In this document: in pieces, positions 62,745 through 64,000 of the stretch
How positions within the stretch are numbered: the first letter of the stretch is position 1
How the letters are laid out: every line of letters begins with the position of its first letter
From: Eledone cirrhosa
Lineage: Eukaryota
Direction: 5' to 3'
NCBI GenBank assembly: GCA_964016885.1
Contig: OZ024743.1
Location: 22,568,001 to 22,632,000, forward strand
DNA: 64,000 nucleotides
Made by a program: the position numbers and the translations under genes
Notes under the pieces: model-generated
Seen by the model: the letters and a program-made list of their open reading frames with translations, nothing else
Told to the model about the DNA's origin: nothing
Databases searched by the model: none

Positions 62745-64000
62745 GTTCTTCTGGTTTTATACTTTCAGAAATGTTTGCCAATAGAGAGAGAGTCGGTTTC
62801 CAACATAGACAGAAGACTCTCTCGTTGGAATTTACACAACATCAACTAGATAGATATGTATGCATGTCTGCATGCATGCATATGTGTTAGGTATGGATGT
62901 TATTGTATGTGTGGATGTGTATGTTTTGAGTTGTATGTGTGCATATGCATACGGTTTGTATCTGTACATGTGTATATGCAGTTATTAGATGCAACATTTT
63001 TGGAATGTTTAACATATTTTTACTGTTCCATTAATGGATTGTACTTGTAATTTCCTAACTAGTTGTGTTCTTTCTGTTTCTGTGAAGCCTAGCTTCTCAA
63101 GATTTGTATTGAGGCAGTTACTAACATATCCCAGTTCCTCAATAATCACAGGCATAAATCTGAAGGTATTGTCAGTGTCGAGTATCTGCAGATTTCTCAT
63201 TAGTTCTGTATAAATATTCTCCTTTTCACTAATCCTTGATATTATATTGGCATCTGCTGGGCAGTTAATTTCCACTACTGTGCATGCTTTCTTCACCCTG
63301 TCCCATATCATTATATCTGGTCTGTTATGCCTGCACTCTGTTGGGGTTTTTACTGGAACATTCCACCAGTACTCTTTCATATTATGTATATGTATGTCTT
63401 CCATATTGCTGTAGCTTTGAATGTGTTTGTCATCGCGGCTATCTTTTTTACGAACTGCATTGTACAGTGTTTTGGCCACTATATCATGCCTCATAGGTAG
63501 ATAGTATCGTGATGACATCTTTGGACAGCTGCTTATGACATGGGTGACATCTTCGATGTTAATTCTGAAGAGTCTGCACTTGTCATATCTAGGTGTTTTG
63601 CCTGCATCCCTATCTCTTTTGTGAATCAGGTATTTCGTGTTGATTTCCTGTTCTTGGATTGCAAAATCGTATCCTTCGAAGTGGGAGCCAATATAACGGT
63701 TGTTGGTCCAAGATAGACTACTTTCTTTATCTATATTACTCTCACTCTGGAGCTTCCTGGCAACATATCCATGCATGATCTTTTGCCGATAAGCAAGCAG
63801 CTTTTCATCCATGGATTCACTGCGGTACTGCTGAACAACTTCCCTGTGTGTGAGTCTTTGATTATCACACTGGGAATATCTTTCAAGGAGTTCCTTCATG
63901 CATATAGACTTACTCGAGAGACGGGCTCCTACGCTTCGAGGTTCGTAGATATTGTCGGACTGATGTTAGGCCCCTGCCTCCCTGCTTACGTTTCAAGTAG
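62745..64000 (-). mobile_element. R4/Dong-like non-LTR retrotransposon, C-terminal zinc knuckle and restriction-like endonuclease (partial, runs off window)
   Basis: ORF 63009-63899: AIQEQ, CRLF..ED..HVISSC (degenerate CCHC), RHD, WWN, NRPDIMIWD, VVEINCP, KENIY, PVII..LG. The 3'UTR ends at a (CATA)n tract. Confidence 0.85.

Overview
Eukaryotic, AT-rich, microsatellite-saturated DNA, inferred from the SINE families and repeat style to be an octopod cephalopod (Octopus sp.). It contains: (1) the 3' 11 coding exons (3462 nt, 1153 aa plus stop) of a minus-strand SOGA/MTCL-family-like coiled-coil gene (52961 to 36634), including a 24-nt microexon and a C-terminal E-T-P-V PDZ-type motif; (2) a near full-length but inactivated Helitron (24557 to ~30200, minus); (3) 5'-truncated RTE and R4/Dong-like non-LTR retrotransposon pieces; (4) many tRNA-derived SINEs and several MITEs; (5) a ~10.5-kb strand-polarised (TA/CA) array ending at a 200-N gap. 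The most interesting signal is unexplained by ORFs: a dense population of short non-coding elements sitting in or beside (TA)n tracts. Many carry minimal type-I hammerhead ribozyme motifs (CUGANGA..stem II..GAAA..palindromic stem III..UH) and are arranged as fold-back pairs, some with a one-sided tail, which is the hallmark of Penelope-like pLTRs. Several form hairpins of up to ~375 bp per arm in what is probably intron. A candidate recursive (ratchet) splice site lies at 58578/58577. All calls were made by eye; no searches were run.
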